DNA of 64,000 bases from Mobula hypostoma (Eukaryota). The notes under the pieces were generated by a model. It was given only the letters and a program-made list of their open reading frames with translations. It searched no databases and was not told the origin of the DNA. Shown piece after piece: positions 12,683 through 25,023 of this stretch (position 1 is the first letter of the stretch; the number at the start of each line of letters is the position of its first letter). Made by a program: the position numbers and the translations under genes. The stretch spans positions 34,660,001 through 34,724,000 of the forward strand of contig NC_086097.1 in the NCBI RefSeq assembly GCF_963921235.1, in the 5' to 3' direction.

Positions 12683-15656
12683 AAGGTGATAAGGATAATC
12701 CTGGGAATTGTATCCTGACGAGCCTTACATCAGTGATGGGTAAGGTATTGGAGAGGATTCTTAGAGGTAGGATTTACAAGCATTTGGAGACTCATAGTCT
12801 GACTAGGGATAGTCAACAAGACTCTGAGGACAGGTTGTGCCTCAAGCCTGATTGAATTATTTGAGGAAATGACAAAACAAATTGAAGGTAGAGCAGTGGG
12901 TAAAGTGTATATGGATTTTATCAGAATTAGAATCAGGTTTATTATCGCCAGCATGTGTCATGAAATTTGTTAACTTGGCAGCAGCAGTTCAATGTAATAC
13001 AAAATATAGAAGAAAAAATATATAATAAGAAATAAGTAAATCAATTTCAGTATATGTATATTGAATAGATTAAAAATGTCCAAAAACAGAAGTAATATAT
13101 ATTTTAAAAAGTGAGGTAGTGTTCAAGGTTCCATTTAGGAATTGGATGGCAGAGGGGAAGAAGCTGTTCCTGAATCGCTGAGTGTGTGCCTTCAGGCTTC
13201 TGTACCTCCTACCTGATGATAACAATGAGAAAAGGGCATGCCCTGGGTGCTGCAGGTCCTTAATAATGGATGCACCTTTCTGAGACACCGCTCCCTGAAG
13301 GTGTCCTGGGTACCTTGTAGGCTAGTGCACAAGATAGAGCCGACGTGACTTACAACCCTCTGCAGCTTCTGTCGGTCCTGTGCGGTAGCCCCTCCATACC
13401 AGACAGTGATGCAGCCTGTCAGAATGCTCTCCACTGTACACCTGTAGAAGTTTTTGAGTGTATTTGTTGACATACTAAATCTCTTCAAACTCCTACTGAA
13501 GTATAAATGCTGACTTGCCTTCTTTATAACTACATCAATATGTTGGGACCAGGTTAGGTCCTCAGAGATCTTGACACCTAGGAACTTAAAACTGCTCACT
13601 CTCTCCACTTCTGATCCCTCTATGAGGATTGGTATGTGTTGCTTCATCTTACTCTTCCTGAAGTCCACAATTAGCTCTTTCGTCTTACTGACATTGAGTG
13701 CCAGGTTGTTGCTGCGACACCACTCCACTAGTTGGAATGTCTCGCTCCTGTGCACCTGCTCAACTCCATCTGAGATTCTGCCAACAATGGTTGTATTATC
13801 AGCAAATTTATAGATGGTATTTGAGCTATGCCTAGCCACACAGTCATGTGTATATAGAGAGTAGAGCGGTGGGCTAAGCACACACCCCTAAGGTGCACCA
13901 GTGTTGATAGTCACCGAGGAGGAGATATTATCACCAATCGGCACAGATTGTGGTCTTCTAGTTAGGAAGTTGAGGATCCAATTGCAGAGGGAGGTACAGA
14001 GGCCCAGGTTCTGCAACTTCTCAATCAGGATTGTGGGAATAATGGTATTAAATGCTGAGTTATAGTCAATGAACAGCATCCTAGACATAGGTGTTTGTGT
14101 TGTCCAGGTGATCTAAAGCCATGTGGGGAGCCATTGAGATTGCATCTGCTGTTGACCTATTGTGGCGATAGGCAAATTGCAATGGGTGCGGTTCCTTGCT
14201 GAGGCAGGAGTTCAGTCTAGTCATGACCAACCTCTCAAAACATTTCATCACTGTTGATGTGAGTGCTGCCGGGCGATAGTCATTAAGGCAGCCCACATTA
14301 TTCTTCTTAGACACTGGTACAATTGTTGCCTTTTTGAGGCAAGTGGGAACTTCCGCCCATAGCAGTGAGAGGTTGAAAATGTCCCTGAATACTCCAGCCA
14401 GTTGGTTGGCACAGGTTTTCAGAACCTTACCAGGTACTCCATCGAAGGTTCACTCTCTTTAAAGACAGCCTAACATCGGCCTCTGAGACAGAGATCACAG
14501 GGTCATCAGGTGCAGCAGGGATATTCACAGCTAAGGTTACTGAGGTTTTCAACAAGGTTCTCCATGGTAAACTCATTTAGAAAGTCATGAACATTGGATC
14601 CAGGGAATCTTGGCTGTATGGGTTTCGAATTGGTTTGTCCACAGAAGGCAGAGAGTAGTAGTAGATGGAGCGTATTCTGTCTGGAGCTCAATGGCTTGTG
14701 GTGTTTCACAGAGATCCGTTCTGGGACACCTGCTCTTTGAGATTTTTCATAATAACTTGGATGAGGAAGTGGAAGGGTGAGTTAGTAAGTTTGCAGATGA
14801 TGCAAAAATTGGTGGTGTTGTGGATAGTGCAGAAGGTTTTTGTAGGTTAGTGGGATGGGCTGAGAAGTGGCAGATGGAGCTCAATCTGGAGAAGTGTGAA
14901 GTGATTCACTTCGGAAAGTTGAACTTGTCAACAGAGTGGAAGGTTAATGGCAGGATTCTTAGCAGTGTGGGGGAACAGTGGGATCTTGGTGTTCACATCC
15001 ATAGATCCTTCAAGGTTGCTCTGCAGGTTGATGGGGAGGTTAAGAAGACATAAGGTGTATTGGCCTTTTATTAGTCAGGGAATTAACCTCAAGAACCACA
15101 AGATAGCATTGCAGCTCTATAAAATTCTGGTGAGACCACGCTTGGTGTATTATGTTCAGTTTTGGTCCCTTCATCACAGGAAGGGTGTGGAAGCTTTAGG
15201 GAGCGTGCAGGGCAGATTTACCAGGAAGCTGCCTGGATTAAAGAGCATGTTTTTATGAGGAAAGATTGAGTGGGTTAGGGCTTTTCTCTTTGGAACAAAG
15301 GAGGATGAGAGGTGATTTGATAGAGAGGTGTATCAGATGATAAGAGGCATAGATACAGTGCACAGTCAGCACCTTTTTTTCCAGGGCGGCAGTGGTTAAT
15401 ACGTGAGGGCATAATTTTAAGGTGATTGGAGAAAAGTGTGGGTGGGTGTCAGAGGTAGCTTTAAACAGTGTTTGGTGTGTGGAACATTACTGAGGGTGGT
15501 GGTAGAGACAGATACATTAGAGACATTTCAGAAACTCTTGGGGGGGAGCATATGGGTGATAGAACAATTGGAGGGTTATGTGGGAAGGAATCATTAAAAT
15601 GATCTTGGCTATAAAGGTCAGCAGAACATTGTGGGCTGAAGGGCCAGTACTGTACT
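12683..15656 (+). mobile_element. Older CR1 LINE split by a Rex1 insertion (pieces 12683-12920 and 14537-15656; last tail bases at 18601-18612)
   Basis: The RT 'VYMDF' region breaks at 12920 and the 'KAFDKVPHG' equivalent resumes at about 14537. WAEKWQMELNLEKCEVIHFG lies downstream. Confidence 0.85.
12921..14536 (-). mobile_element. Rex1/Babar-type LINE, 5'-truncated
   Basis: [69 protein letters not shown], and an AATAAA plus (TTCTGA)-like tail. Confidence 0.9.
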
Positions 15657-18594
15657 AGAAACATTGAAAACTTACAGCACAATACAGGCCCTTCGGCCCA
15701 CAAAGTTGTGTTGAACATGTCCCTACCGTAGAAATTACTAGGGTTACCCATGGCCCTCTATTTTTCTCAGCTCCATGTACCTATCCAAAAGTCTTTCACA
15801 AAACCCTATCGTATCCGCCTCCACCACCGTTGCCGGCAGCCCATTTCACACACTCATCGTTCTCTGCGTTTTAAAAAAAACTTACCCCTAACATCTCCTC
15901 TGTACCTACTCCCAAGCACCTTAAACCTGCGCCCTCTTGTGGCAGCCATTTCAGCCCTGGGAAGAAGCCTCTGACTATCCACACGATCATTGCCTCTCAT
16001 CATCTTATACACCTCTGACAGGTCACCTCTCATCCTCCATCGCTCCTAGGAAAAAAGGCCGATCCATTCAGCCTGTTTTCATAAGGCATGCTTCCCAGTC
16101 CGGTCAACATCCTTGTAAATCTCCTCTGCACCCTTTCTATGGTTTCTACATCCTTCCTGTAGTGAGGTGACCAGAATTGAGCACAGTACTCCAAGTGGGG
16201 TCTGACTAGGGTCCTATATAGCTGCAATATTATCTCTCGGCTCCTAAATTCATCTCCACGACTGATGAAGGCCAATGCACCGTATGGCTTCTTAATCACA
16301 GAGTCAACCTGTGCAGCTGCTTTGAGTGTCCTATGGACTCGGACCCCAAGATCCCTCTGTTCCTCCACACTGCCAAGAGTCTTACCATTAATACTATATT
16401 CTGCCATCATATTTGACCTACCAAAATGAACCACCTCACACTTATCTGGGTTGAACTCCATCTGCCACTTCTCAGCCCAGTTTTGCATCCTATCAATGTC
16501 CCGCTGTAACCCCTGACAGCACTCCACACTATCCACAGCACCTCCAACCTTTGTGTCATCAGCAAACTTACTAACTCATCGCTCCACTTCCTCATCCAGG
16601 TCATTTATAAAAATCAGGAAGATTAAGGGTCCCAGAACAGATCCCTGAGGCACACCACTGGTGACCGACCACCATGCAGAATATGACCCGTCTGCAACCA
16701 CTCTCTGCCTTTTGTGGGCAAGCCAGTTCTGGATCCACAAAGCAATGTCCCCTTGGATCCCGTGCCTCCTTACTTTCGCAATAAGCCTTGCATGGGGTAC
16801 TGTACCTTATCAAATGCCTTGCTGAAATCTGTATACACTACATCTACTGCTCTTCCTTCATCAACGTGTTTAGTCTAATCCACAAAAAATTCAATCAGCC
16901 TTGTAAGGCATGACCTGCCCTTGGCAAAGCCATGCTGACTATTCCTAATCATATTATACCTCTCCAAATGTTCATAAATCCTGCCTCTCAGGATCTTCTC
17001 CATCAACTTACCAACCACTGAAGTAAGACTCACTGATCTATCATTTCCTGGGCTATCTCTACTCCTTTTCTTGACAACATCCACAACGCTCCAATCCTCA
17101 GGAACCTTTCCCATCCCCATTGATAATGCAAAGATCATCGCCAGAGGCTCAGCAATCTCCTCCCTGTCCTCCCACAGTAGTCTGGGGTACATCTCATCCG
17201 GTCCGAGTGACTCTTGATGCTTTCCAAAAGCTCCAGCACATCCTCTTTCTTAATATATACATGCTCAAGCTTTTCAGTCTGCTGCAAGTCATCACTACTA
17301 TCACCAAGATCCTTTTCCATAGTGAATAATGAAGTAAAGTATTCATTAGGTACCTCTGCTATTTCCTCTGGTTTCTAACACACTTTCCCACTGTCACACT
17401 TGATAGGTCCTATTCTTTCACGTCTTATCCTCTTGCTCTTCATGTACTTGTTGAATGCCTTGGGGTTTTCCTTACTCCTGCCCGCCAAGGCCTTCTCATG
17501 GCCCCTTCTGGCTCTCCTAATTTCCTTCTTTAGCTCATAATTCCCTTTACTCCAGTTAAATGGTTTTCTAACTTGTCTGTTCCTATCTCTCTCCAATGCT
17601 ATTGTAAAGGAGATAGAATTATTATCACTATCTCCAAAATGCTCTCCCACTAAGAGATCTGACACCTGACCAGGTTCATTTAGATTTTAGATTAGATTAT
17701 GAGGACACTCAGTCCTCGTTTATTGTCACTTAGAAATGCATACATTAAAAAATGATACAATGTTCCTCCAGTATGATATCACAGAAACACAAGACAGACC
17801 AAGAATAAAACCAAATACCAAATCAAGTACAGTCTCTCCTCTTGTAGGCTTATCTACATATTGTGTCAAGAAACCTTCCTGAACACACCTAACAAATTCC
17901 ACCCCAGCTAAACCCCTTGCTTTAGGAAGATGCCAATCGATATTTGGGAAATTAAAATCTCCCACCACGACAACTCTTATTATTACACCTTTCCAGGATC
18001 TGTTTCACTATCTGCTCCTCGATATCCCTGTTACTATTGGGCGGCCTATAAAAAACACCCAGTAGAGTTATTGACTCCTTCCTGTTCCTAACCTCCACCC
18101 ACAGAGACTCTGTAGACAATCCCTCCATGACGTCCACGTTTTCTGCAGCCGTGATACTATCTCTGATCAACAGTGCCACGCCCCCACCTCTTTTGCCTCC
18201 CTCCCTGTCCTTTCTGAAACATCTAAAACCCGGCACTTGAAGTAACCATTCCTGTCCCTGAGCCATCGAAGTCTCTGCAATTGCCACAACGTCATAGCTC
18301 CAAGTACTGTTCCATGCTCTAAGCTCATCCGCTTCGTTCACAATACTCTTTGCGTTAAAGTAGACACATCTCAAACCATTGGTCTGAGCGCGTCCCTTCT
18401 CTATCACTTGCCTACCCTCTCTCACACACTGTCTCCAAGCTTTCTCTATTTGTGAGCCAACCATCTCTTCCCCAGTCTGTTCAGTTCGCTTCCCACCCCC
18501 CAACAATTCTAATTTAAACTCTCCCCATTAGCCTTAGCAAAACTCCCCACCAGGATATTGGTCCCCCTGGGACTCAAGTGCAACCAGTCCTTTT
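15657..18594 (-). mobile_element. CR1 LINE reaching the end of ORF1; same subfamily as 2921-5423
   Basis: ORF1 end (LHLSPRGTNIL), endonuclease (CVYFNAKSI, DVVAIAET, GGGVALLI, GDFNFP) and RT. TGTACT flanks both ends (15651-15656, 18595-18600). About 275 bp deleted near 17535 relative to the first copy. Confidence 0.95.
17681..17810 (-). mobile_element. About 130-bp 3' tail of a non-LTR element inserted in CR1
   Basis: Absent from the sister CR1 at 5201-5230. Matches 30508-30612. Contains hairpin GAGGAC-ACTCA-GTCCTC and an (AATCT)n tail. Confidence 0.8.
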
Positions 18595-18862
18595 TGTACT
18601 GTTCAATGTTCTGTAGAGCTGTCTGAAAGTAGCATGCTTCCTTGGTCATCACCATGCCCAGTTTGAGCTTTGACTGCCATGGCCCACACACTCCTGTTTC
18701 GGGTCAAGTGGATCAATGTATTGGTATTCATTTCCATTTCTCTGGCTGCTGTCTCCATCATCATTTGTCTTTCCCTTCCTCTTGCTTTCTTCTCTTCCAT
18801 CTTTCCCATAATTACCATGCATTCTAACTCCTCTTTCCTAATCACATTTCCAATGAAGTTAT

Positions 18863-20289
18863 ATACATCAAAGTTGCTGGTGAATGCAGCAGGCCAGGCA
18901 GCATCTGTAGGAAGAGGTGCAGTCGACGTTTCAGGCCGAGACCCTTCGTCAGGACTAACTGAAGGAAGAGTGAGTAAGGGATTTGAAAGTTGGAGGGGGA
19001 GGGGGAGATCCAAAATGATAGGAGAAGACAGGAGGGGGAGGGATAGAGCCGAGAGCTGGACAGGTGATAGGCAAAAGGGGATATGAGAGGATCATGGGAC
19101 AGGAGGTCCGGGAAGAAAGACAAGGGGGGGGGGACCCAGAGGATGGGCAAGAGGTATATTCAGAGGGACAGAGGGAGAAAAAGGAGAGTGAGAGAAAGAA
19201 TGTGTGCATAAAAATGAGTAACAGATGGGGTACGAGGGGGAGGTGGGGCCTTAGCGGAAGTTAGAGAAGTCGATGTTCATGCCATCAGGTTGGAGGCTAC
19301 CCAGACGGAATATAAGGTGTTGTTCCTCCAACCTGAGTGTGGCTTCATCTTTACAGTAGAGGAGGCCGTGGATAGACATGTCAGAATAGGAATGGGATGT
19401 GGAATTAAAATGTGTGGCCACTGGGAGATCCTGCTTTCTCTGGCGGACAGAGCGTAGATGTTCAGCAAAGCGGTCTCCCAATCTGCGTCGGGTCTCGCCA
19501 ATATATATAAGGCCACATCGGGAGCACCGGATGCAGTATATCACCGCAGTCGACTCACAGGTGAAGTGATGCCTCACCTGGAAGGACTGTTTGGGGCCCT
19601 GAATGGTGGTAAGGGAGGAAGTGTAAGGGCATGTGTAGCACTTGTTCCGCTTACACGGATAAGTGCCAGGAGGGAGATCAGTGGGGAGGGTTGGGGGGGA
19701 CGAATGGACAAGGGAGTTGTGTAGGGAGCGATCCCTGCGGAATGCAGGGGGGGGGAGGGAAAGATGTGCTTCGTGGTGGGATCCCGTTGGAGGTGGTGGA
19801 AGTTACGGAGAATAATATGTTGGACCCGGAGGCTGGTGGGGTGGTAGGTGAGGACCAGGGGAACCCTATTCCTAGTGGGGTGGTGGGAGGATGGAGTGAG
19901 AGCAGATGTACGTGAAATGGGGGAGATGCGTTTAAGAGCAGAGTTGATAGTGGAGGAAGGGAAGCCCCTTTCTTTAAAAAAGGATGACACCTCCCTCGTC
20001 CTAGAATGAAAAGCCTCATCCTGAGAGCAGATGCGGCGGAGACGGAGGAATTGCGAGAAGGGGATGGCGTTTTTGCAAGAGACAGGGTGAGAAGAGGAAT
20101 AGTCCAGATAGCTGTGAGAGTCAGTAGGCTTATAGTAGACATCAGTGGATAAGCTGTCTCCAGAGACAGAGACAGAAAGATCTAGAAAGGGGAGGGAGGT
20201 GTCAGAACTGGACCAGGTAAACTTGAGGGCAGGGTGAAAGTTGAAGGCAAAGTTAATAAAGTCAACGAGTTCTGCATGCGTGCAGGAAG
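18863..20289 (-). mobile_element. Penelope-like element (RT C-terminus + GIY-YIG endonuclease + 3' terminal repeat)
   Basis: LPFLDL..TDVYYKPTDSHSYL..SQFLRLRRICS and VIYCIRCSRCGLIYIGETRRRLGDRFAEH. 12-bp TSD CAATGAAGTTAT at 18851-18862 and 20290-20301. Removing the insert restores the RTE frame EIMKRQHNFIGNVI. Confidence 0.95.
18921..18956 (-). ncRNA. Minimal type I hammerhead ribozyme motif (intact core)
   Basis: Minus strand reads AGUC-CUGACGA-AGG(GUCUCGG)CCU-GAAA-CG-UC-GACU: stem I, core, stem II, palindromic ACGU helix III and a GUC cleavage triplet. Confidence 0.8.
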
Positions 20290-21479
20290 CAATGAAGTTA
20301 TGTTGCCTTTTCATGATCTCATACATTATTTCTCTTTTTGTTTGCTCTGTTCATGACAACCTTGTTAGATATTCGTTTCATCCATGATATTCTTTGCATC
20401 CTCCTCAAAAACTACAACTCTGCTGCTACAATTCGTTTCCTCATGTTACTAGATACTGTCCAACATTCTGAGCCTTATAACATAACTGGATAAACGTAAC
20501 ATTTCAGTACTCTGAGGCGGGTTGTCATGCCCAGTTTAGTATTGGTCAGTATACTCTTCATTCTCGTAAAGGTGTCTTTTGCCATCCCTATTCTTCTTTT
20601 GATGTACAAGTCGTACCTGCCATCTGATGTCACCCAGCTTCCTAAGTAGCAAAATTTCTGTAATTGTTTAATGTCTTCCCATTTATTCTCAGCCTGCATA
20701 TATGATTCTTCTTCTTTTTGGATATCACCATACATTCTGTCTTTTTGCAATTGTTAGATAGACCCATTTTTGCACTTTCTTCAACAATTACATCAATTAA
20801 GTTTTGTAGTTCTTCCTCCGTACTTGCAATTAACACAATGTCATCTGCATATCTAAAGTTATTGATGTTTTCACCGCCAACTTTGATTCCCAAGATGTCT
20901 CTTATTTTTTTGTAATATTGTTTCACTGTACTGTACACATTAAATAAATCAGGGGAGAAAACACACCTTTGTCTAATGCCTCTCTTAATTTTCATAAACT
21001 GACTCACTTCTCCATCTATTCTTACAGCGGCAGTTTGTTCCCAGTACAGATTTCTGATTAGGCGGAGGTCTTTCGAATCTAGATCTAGAGTTTTCTGTAA
21101 TATTTCAAATAATTTATTGTGCTTCACTTTATCAAATGCTTTTGCGTAATCAATAAAACAAACAAACAAATCTTTTTGCACTTGAATAGCTCGTTCTGAT
21201 AGTATCCTTAACATCAATATTGCGTTTCTTCTGCCTTTTGTCTTTCACAAAACCATTGTTCTTTGCCTATTTCAGCTTGTATCTTACTTTTAGCTCTTGT
21301 CATCAAAATTCTTAGAAGTATCGGTGATATGACTCATTAAACTTATGGTCCTATGTAATTCCCATTCTATTGCTTCCTTGGTAGGATCATATTTAAACTT
21401 GCAATTTTTGAAAGTTGGGGCACTAACCTGCACTTTTTTAAAGCCGATGTAGCCTGGATCAGAACAACCTGGAATCTAC

Positions 21480-21690
21480 TCAGCTCCTGAAGGGTGGTAC
21501 TTGAATCAATGATTCGGGAACAACTTCTTTCCCTCTGCCATCCAATTCCGGAATGATTTATGAACACCACCTAGTTGTTCCTTTTCTTTGCAATGGTTAT
21601 ATTTGTAAATTAAAGGTATTTACATCTTCACACTGTACTGCCGCTGCAAAAAAACAAATTTCACATCTTGTGGCAGTGATAAAAAATCAT
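21480..21690 (+). mobile_element. Rex1-type 3' end fragment
   Basis: CAATGATTCGGGAACAACTTCTTTCCCTCTGCCATC (RFRNSFFPSAI-like) followed by the 3' UTR. Confidence 0.6.
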
Positions 21691-23874
21691 ACACAGATAG
21701 GTCCAGGAATGTGATTGCAAGAGAGAACGAAAGGGGTTAAAATATCTTAAGGTCACATTGCTGAAGCAAGTGACATCTGTGATGGGATTCTGGACAATTA
21801 ATACAAGAATACCATTCATATCATAGCTTGGTCTGCAAGAGAGTAAACATTGGTGATAAGGAATGTTTCACACTCCAAAGAATGAGTCAGTAGTAAATGA
21901 AATGTGTTTTTTGAAAGGAATGGATGAGGTGGATCTGAAATGGGTAGTTAATGGGTACCATAAAAGAAATGGCATGGAAAAAGGTGCTAATATTGGTTTG
22001 ACTATGCAGTCACTGGAGCTTTGCAGACACCATTGGTGGTATCGCTTTAAGGTTTTGAATTGCCTGTATTTTAAGCCACCTAATACGTGACTATTTTAAA
22101 TTCAAAGGCACTGTGGCTGTAGCGATGAAGTTTGCCAATCTAAAGGGAAGGGGGAGAAAAAGTGAGATATTTGAGGATTGTGTAAAAACTGACTGGGGAA
22201 AAGGGCTGGTTAAGATATCACTAAATTAGAATAGAATTGAATCTAGAAGAAGTCGTATAAATTTTCCTAAGTTATTAAATGGAAACATTTGTCTTTTGCT
22301 GACATTAGATGCATGTTGGTTCTGGCAGAAAATCTACTGAGGTAAAGAAAGTTAATTATAATGTATTGGAATTAGAAATAGAAGTGGATCCCATCCCTCC
22401 ATAGTCATTTTGTTATATCATGAACATGTGTACAATTTTTGCTCGTCTTTGGTTTGTACCCTTGATCACCAAGCCTAATAGAATACTGTTGAATTTTTTG
22501 CCTTAAGATATAATTAACCTTATAATCATTGTGTACAGAATAATTATTTTAAAATGTTCAATTAGATTATAATTTCATTCGATAACGAAGAAGAGGTTTA
22601 AACCACTTATCGTCATAACCTGACTCTGAAGTTCTTGTATTTTTTCTCTACGAATCTGCGCTCCATTACAGCAAGTCTTGTATGTCCACCCTGAGGTTTC
22701 TTGGCTTAAAAAAAACAAACGCAGTACCCAAACACAGAACAGTCTTGACCAATGTTTCTTCAGCAGCAACATAATATTTATTTCAGTGTTTTTGCCATAA
22801 AACTTCTTAGCTATAAACCTTTTAGATTATGGTTGTATGTGCCTATGGGTTTTTAGTATAGTTTATATGACTACCCTATCCCTTTCCTCCTCCTCTGGCT
22901 TTTGCCATAGGAAATATTCAGATTCATCATCCACAAATTCAGAATGCATTTTACTTTCTCTTGTCTGTCACATTTGTCCCAGCTTACTCAAAGTAATCTT
23001 TGCCCCAAGATAACTTCCTTTTCCTGCTTGCTGGATTGATGGTCACTAACATGGTAAATTGGTCTCCTAATATAGTTACATTTGTGAACTTGAATGTACA
23101 GCTCTTCGTTCTTTAATTCATGTCATTGATACAGGATGCATAAAATTTGAAAATGAAGCAAGGAAGTGCCTTCCACTTGCTGGATGTCCTTTTGCATCCC
23201 TCTGCCAATTAATGTTTACAAGTTCCTGTCTAATGCCATCACAATTAGACTTGCCCATATTTGTGATATGAACTTGTGGACCAATCTAATCCTTTTCTGT
23301 GACTATTAAAACCATTAGAATTATGGTCATTGATCCCTAAGTGCTCACCACCCCCCCCCCGCATCCCACTGATACTTCAGTCACTTGCCTTGATTTTCCA
23401 ATAGGAGGTCCATTGTTGCTCCCTCTCGGGTAGGACCATCTACATGGGTATATAAAAATAAAAGGCATGGATGTGACAGGTCTTTCTCTCCTGGTAAGAA
23501 TATCAAAAATGAGGATATAGGATTAAGTTGAGGAGCAGGAATTTTAAAAAGGATTTGAGAAGAAAGTTATTGTTACAGTGGTTTATAATCTGGAAGTTGC
23601 AGTTGGAGGTTGTAGTGAGGTCAGATGCAATCATTATATTTACACAGCCACTTGTGTAGGGAATGCATGAAAGGATACAAAGCTAATGCAAATAGATGGA
23701 TGTGTCCAGTTGAAAAGCCTTTTTCTGTGCTGTACTGCTGACTCAGTGGCTCTCATTAGTATTGAAAATGCTAACTGCCCTAATTAAAATTGAGCAGACT
23801 GCAAATGCTTCGAATATTTTGCCAGCAAATGTCTCGTACCTGTCAGTGGATGTTAAATGGAGAAAAAGGAATAA

Positions 23875-24340
23875 AGGGTGCAGAGGAGATTTACAAGGAT
23901 GTTGCCTGGATTGGGGAGCGTTCCTTATGAGTGAACTGGACCTTTTCTCCTTGGAGTGATGGAGGGTGAGAGGTGACCTGACAGAGGTGTATAAGATGAT
24001 GAAAGGCATTGATTGTGTGGATAGTCAGAGGTTTTCTCCCAGGACTGAAATGGTTGCCACAAGAGGACACAGGTTTAATGTGCTGGGGAGTAGGTACAGA
24101 GGAGATGTCAGGGGTAAGTTTTTTTTAAGCAGAGTGGTGAGTGCATGGAATGGGCTGCTGGCAACGGTGGTGGAGGCGGATATGATAGGGTCTTTTAAGA
24201 GACTTCCAGATAGGTACCTGGAGCTTAGAAAAATAGAGGGCTGTAGGTAAGCCTAGTAGTTTCTAAGGTAGGGACATGTTTGGCACAACTTTGTGGGCCG
24301 AAGGGCCTGTATTGTGCTGTAGGTTTTCTGTGTTTCTATG
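23875..24340 (+). mobile_element. CR1 3' fragment, same subfamily as 2921-5423
   Basis: RGDLTEVYKMMKGID...ATRGHRF; near-identical reverse complement of 2925-3400. Confidence 0.9.
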
Positions 24341-24826
24341 AACAACTTGCGCAGCAGTAATCAATTGACCTTGATGTTTGTAAAAGTTAGATATAAAATT
24401 AATATTTTGGATAATCATAACTCCAAAGCCCAGGACTCTGGAATTTATTTCTGTTTTAAGTTGTGTTTGGTATGAATTCTGCTTCCTGCAACTGGAAATA
24501 ACAGCAACCAAAAGATCCCTTACTGCCTTTTTGAAACTTTTCCTATTTGTTATCAAATGTACCTTTCCCCTAAAATTATGTTAATCAGAAAGTCTGCTTG
24601 AGATCAGGTTTTAAGGCAATTAAATATAATACTGCACCTTAATTGCAGCCTTCTCATTTTCTTTTCTTTCCTCTCTCCCTGACTTTAAATTTCGATGAAG
24701 TAGGGGTTACCCTCCAGCGTCATTATTTTGTAGGTGTGGCACGTGGTGACACTGCAGGGATTCTGCTCAATCACTAAAACAGCATCTGATACTTCTATGT
24801 ACAAATGTGTAGGAAATCTGATCCCT

Positions 24827-25023
24827 CACAATGCGCTGGAGGAACTCAGCAGGTTGGGCAGCATCCGTGGAAAAGATCGGTCGACGTTTTGGGCCGGAAC
24901 CCTTTGTTCTGGCCCGAAATGTCAACTGATCTTTTCCACGGATGCTGCCCGACCTGCTGAGTTCCTCCAGCGCGTTGTGAGTGTTGCTTTGACCCCAGCA
25001 TCTGCAGATTATTTTGTGTTTAC
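24827..25023. mobile_element. Fold-back Penelope terminal-repeat insertion
   Basis: 13-bp TSD AAATCTGATCCCT (24814-24826, 25024-25036). Inverted arms 24826-24900 and 24906-24980. Confidence 0.85.

Larger units (their letters stand above)
18647..21370 (-). mobile_element. RTE-clade LINE, 5'-truncated, interrupted by a Penelope element
   Basis: CFIDYAKAFDKV, INNFRYADDIVL, FCYLGSWVTSDGR, IKRRIGMAK. 12-bp TSD TGCTTCCTTGGT at 18635-18646 and 21371-21382. Confidence 0.92.

Noticed and set aside
18960..19250. G/purine-rich tract as an independent G-quadruplex or triplex element
   Set aside because: It is the Penelope 3' region, also present in the older copies at about 26500 and 27300.
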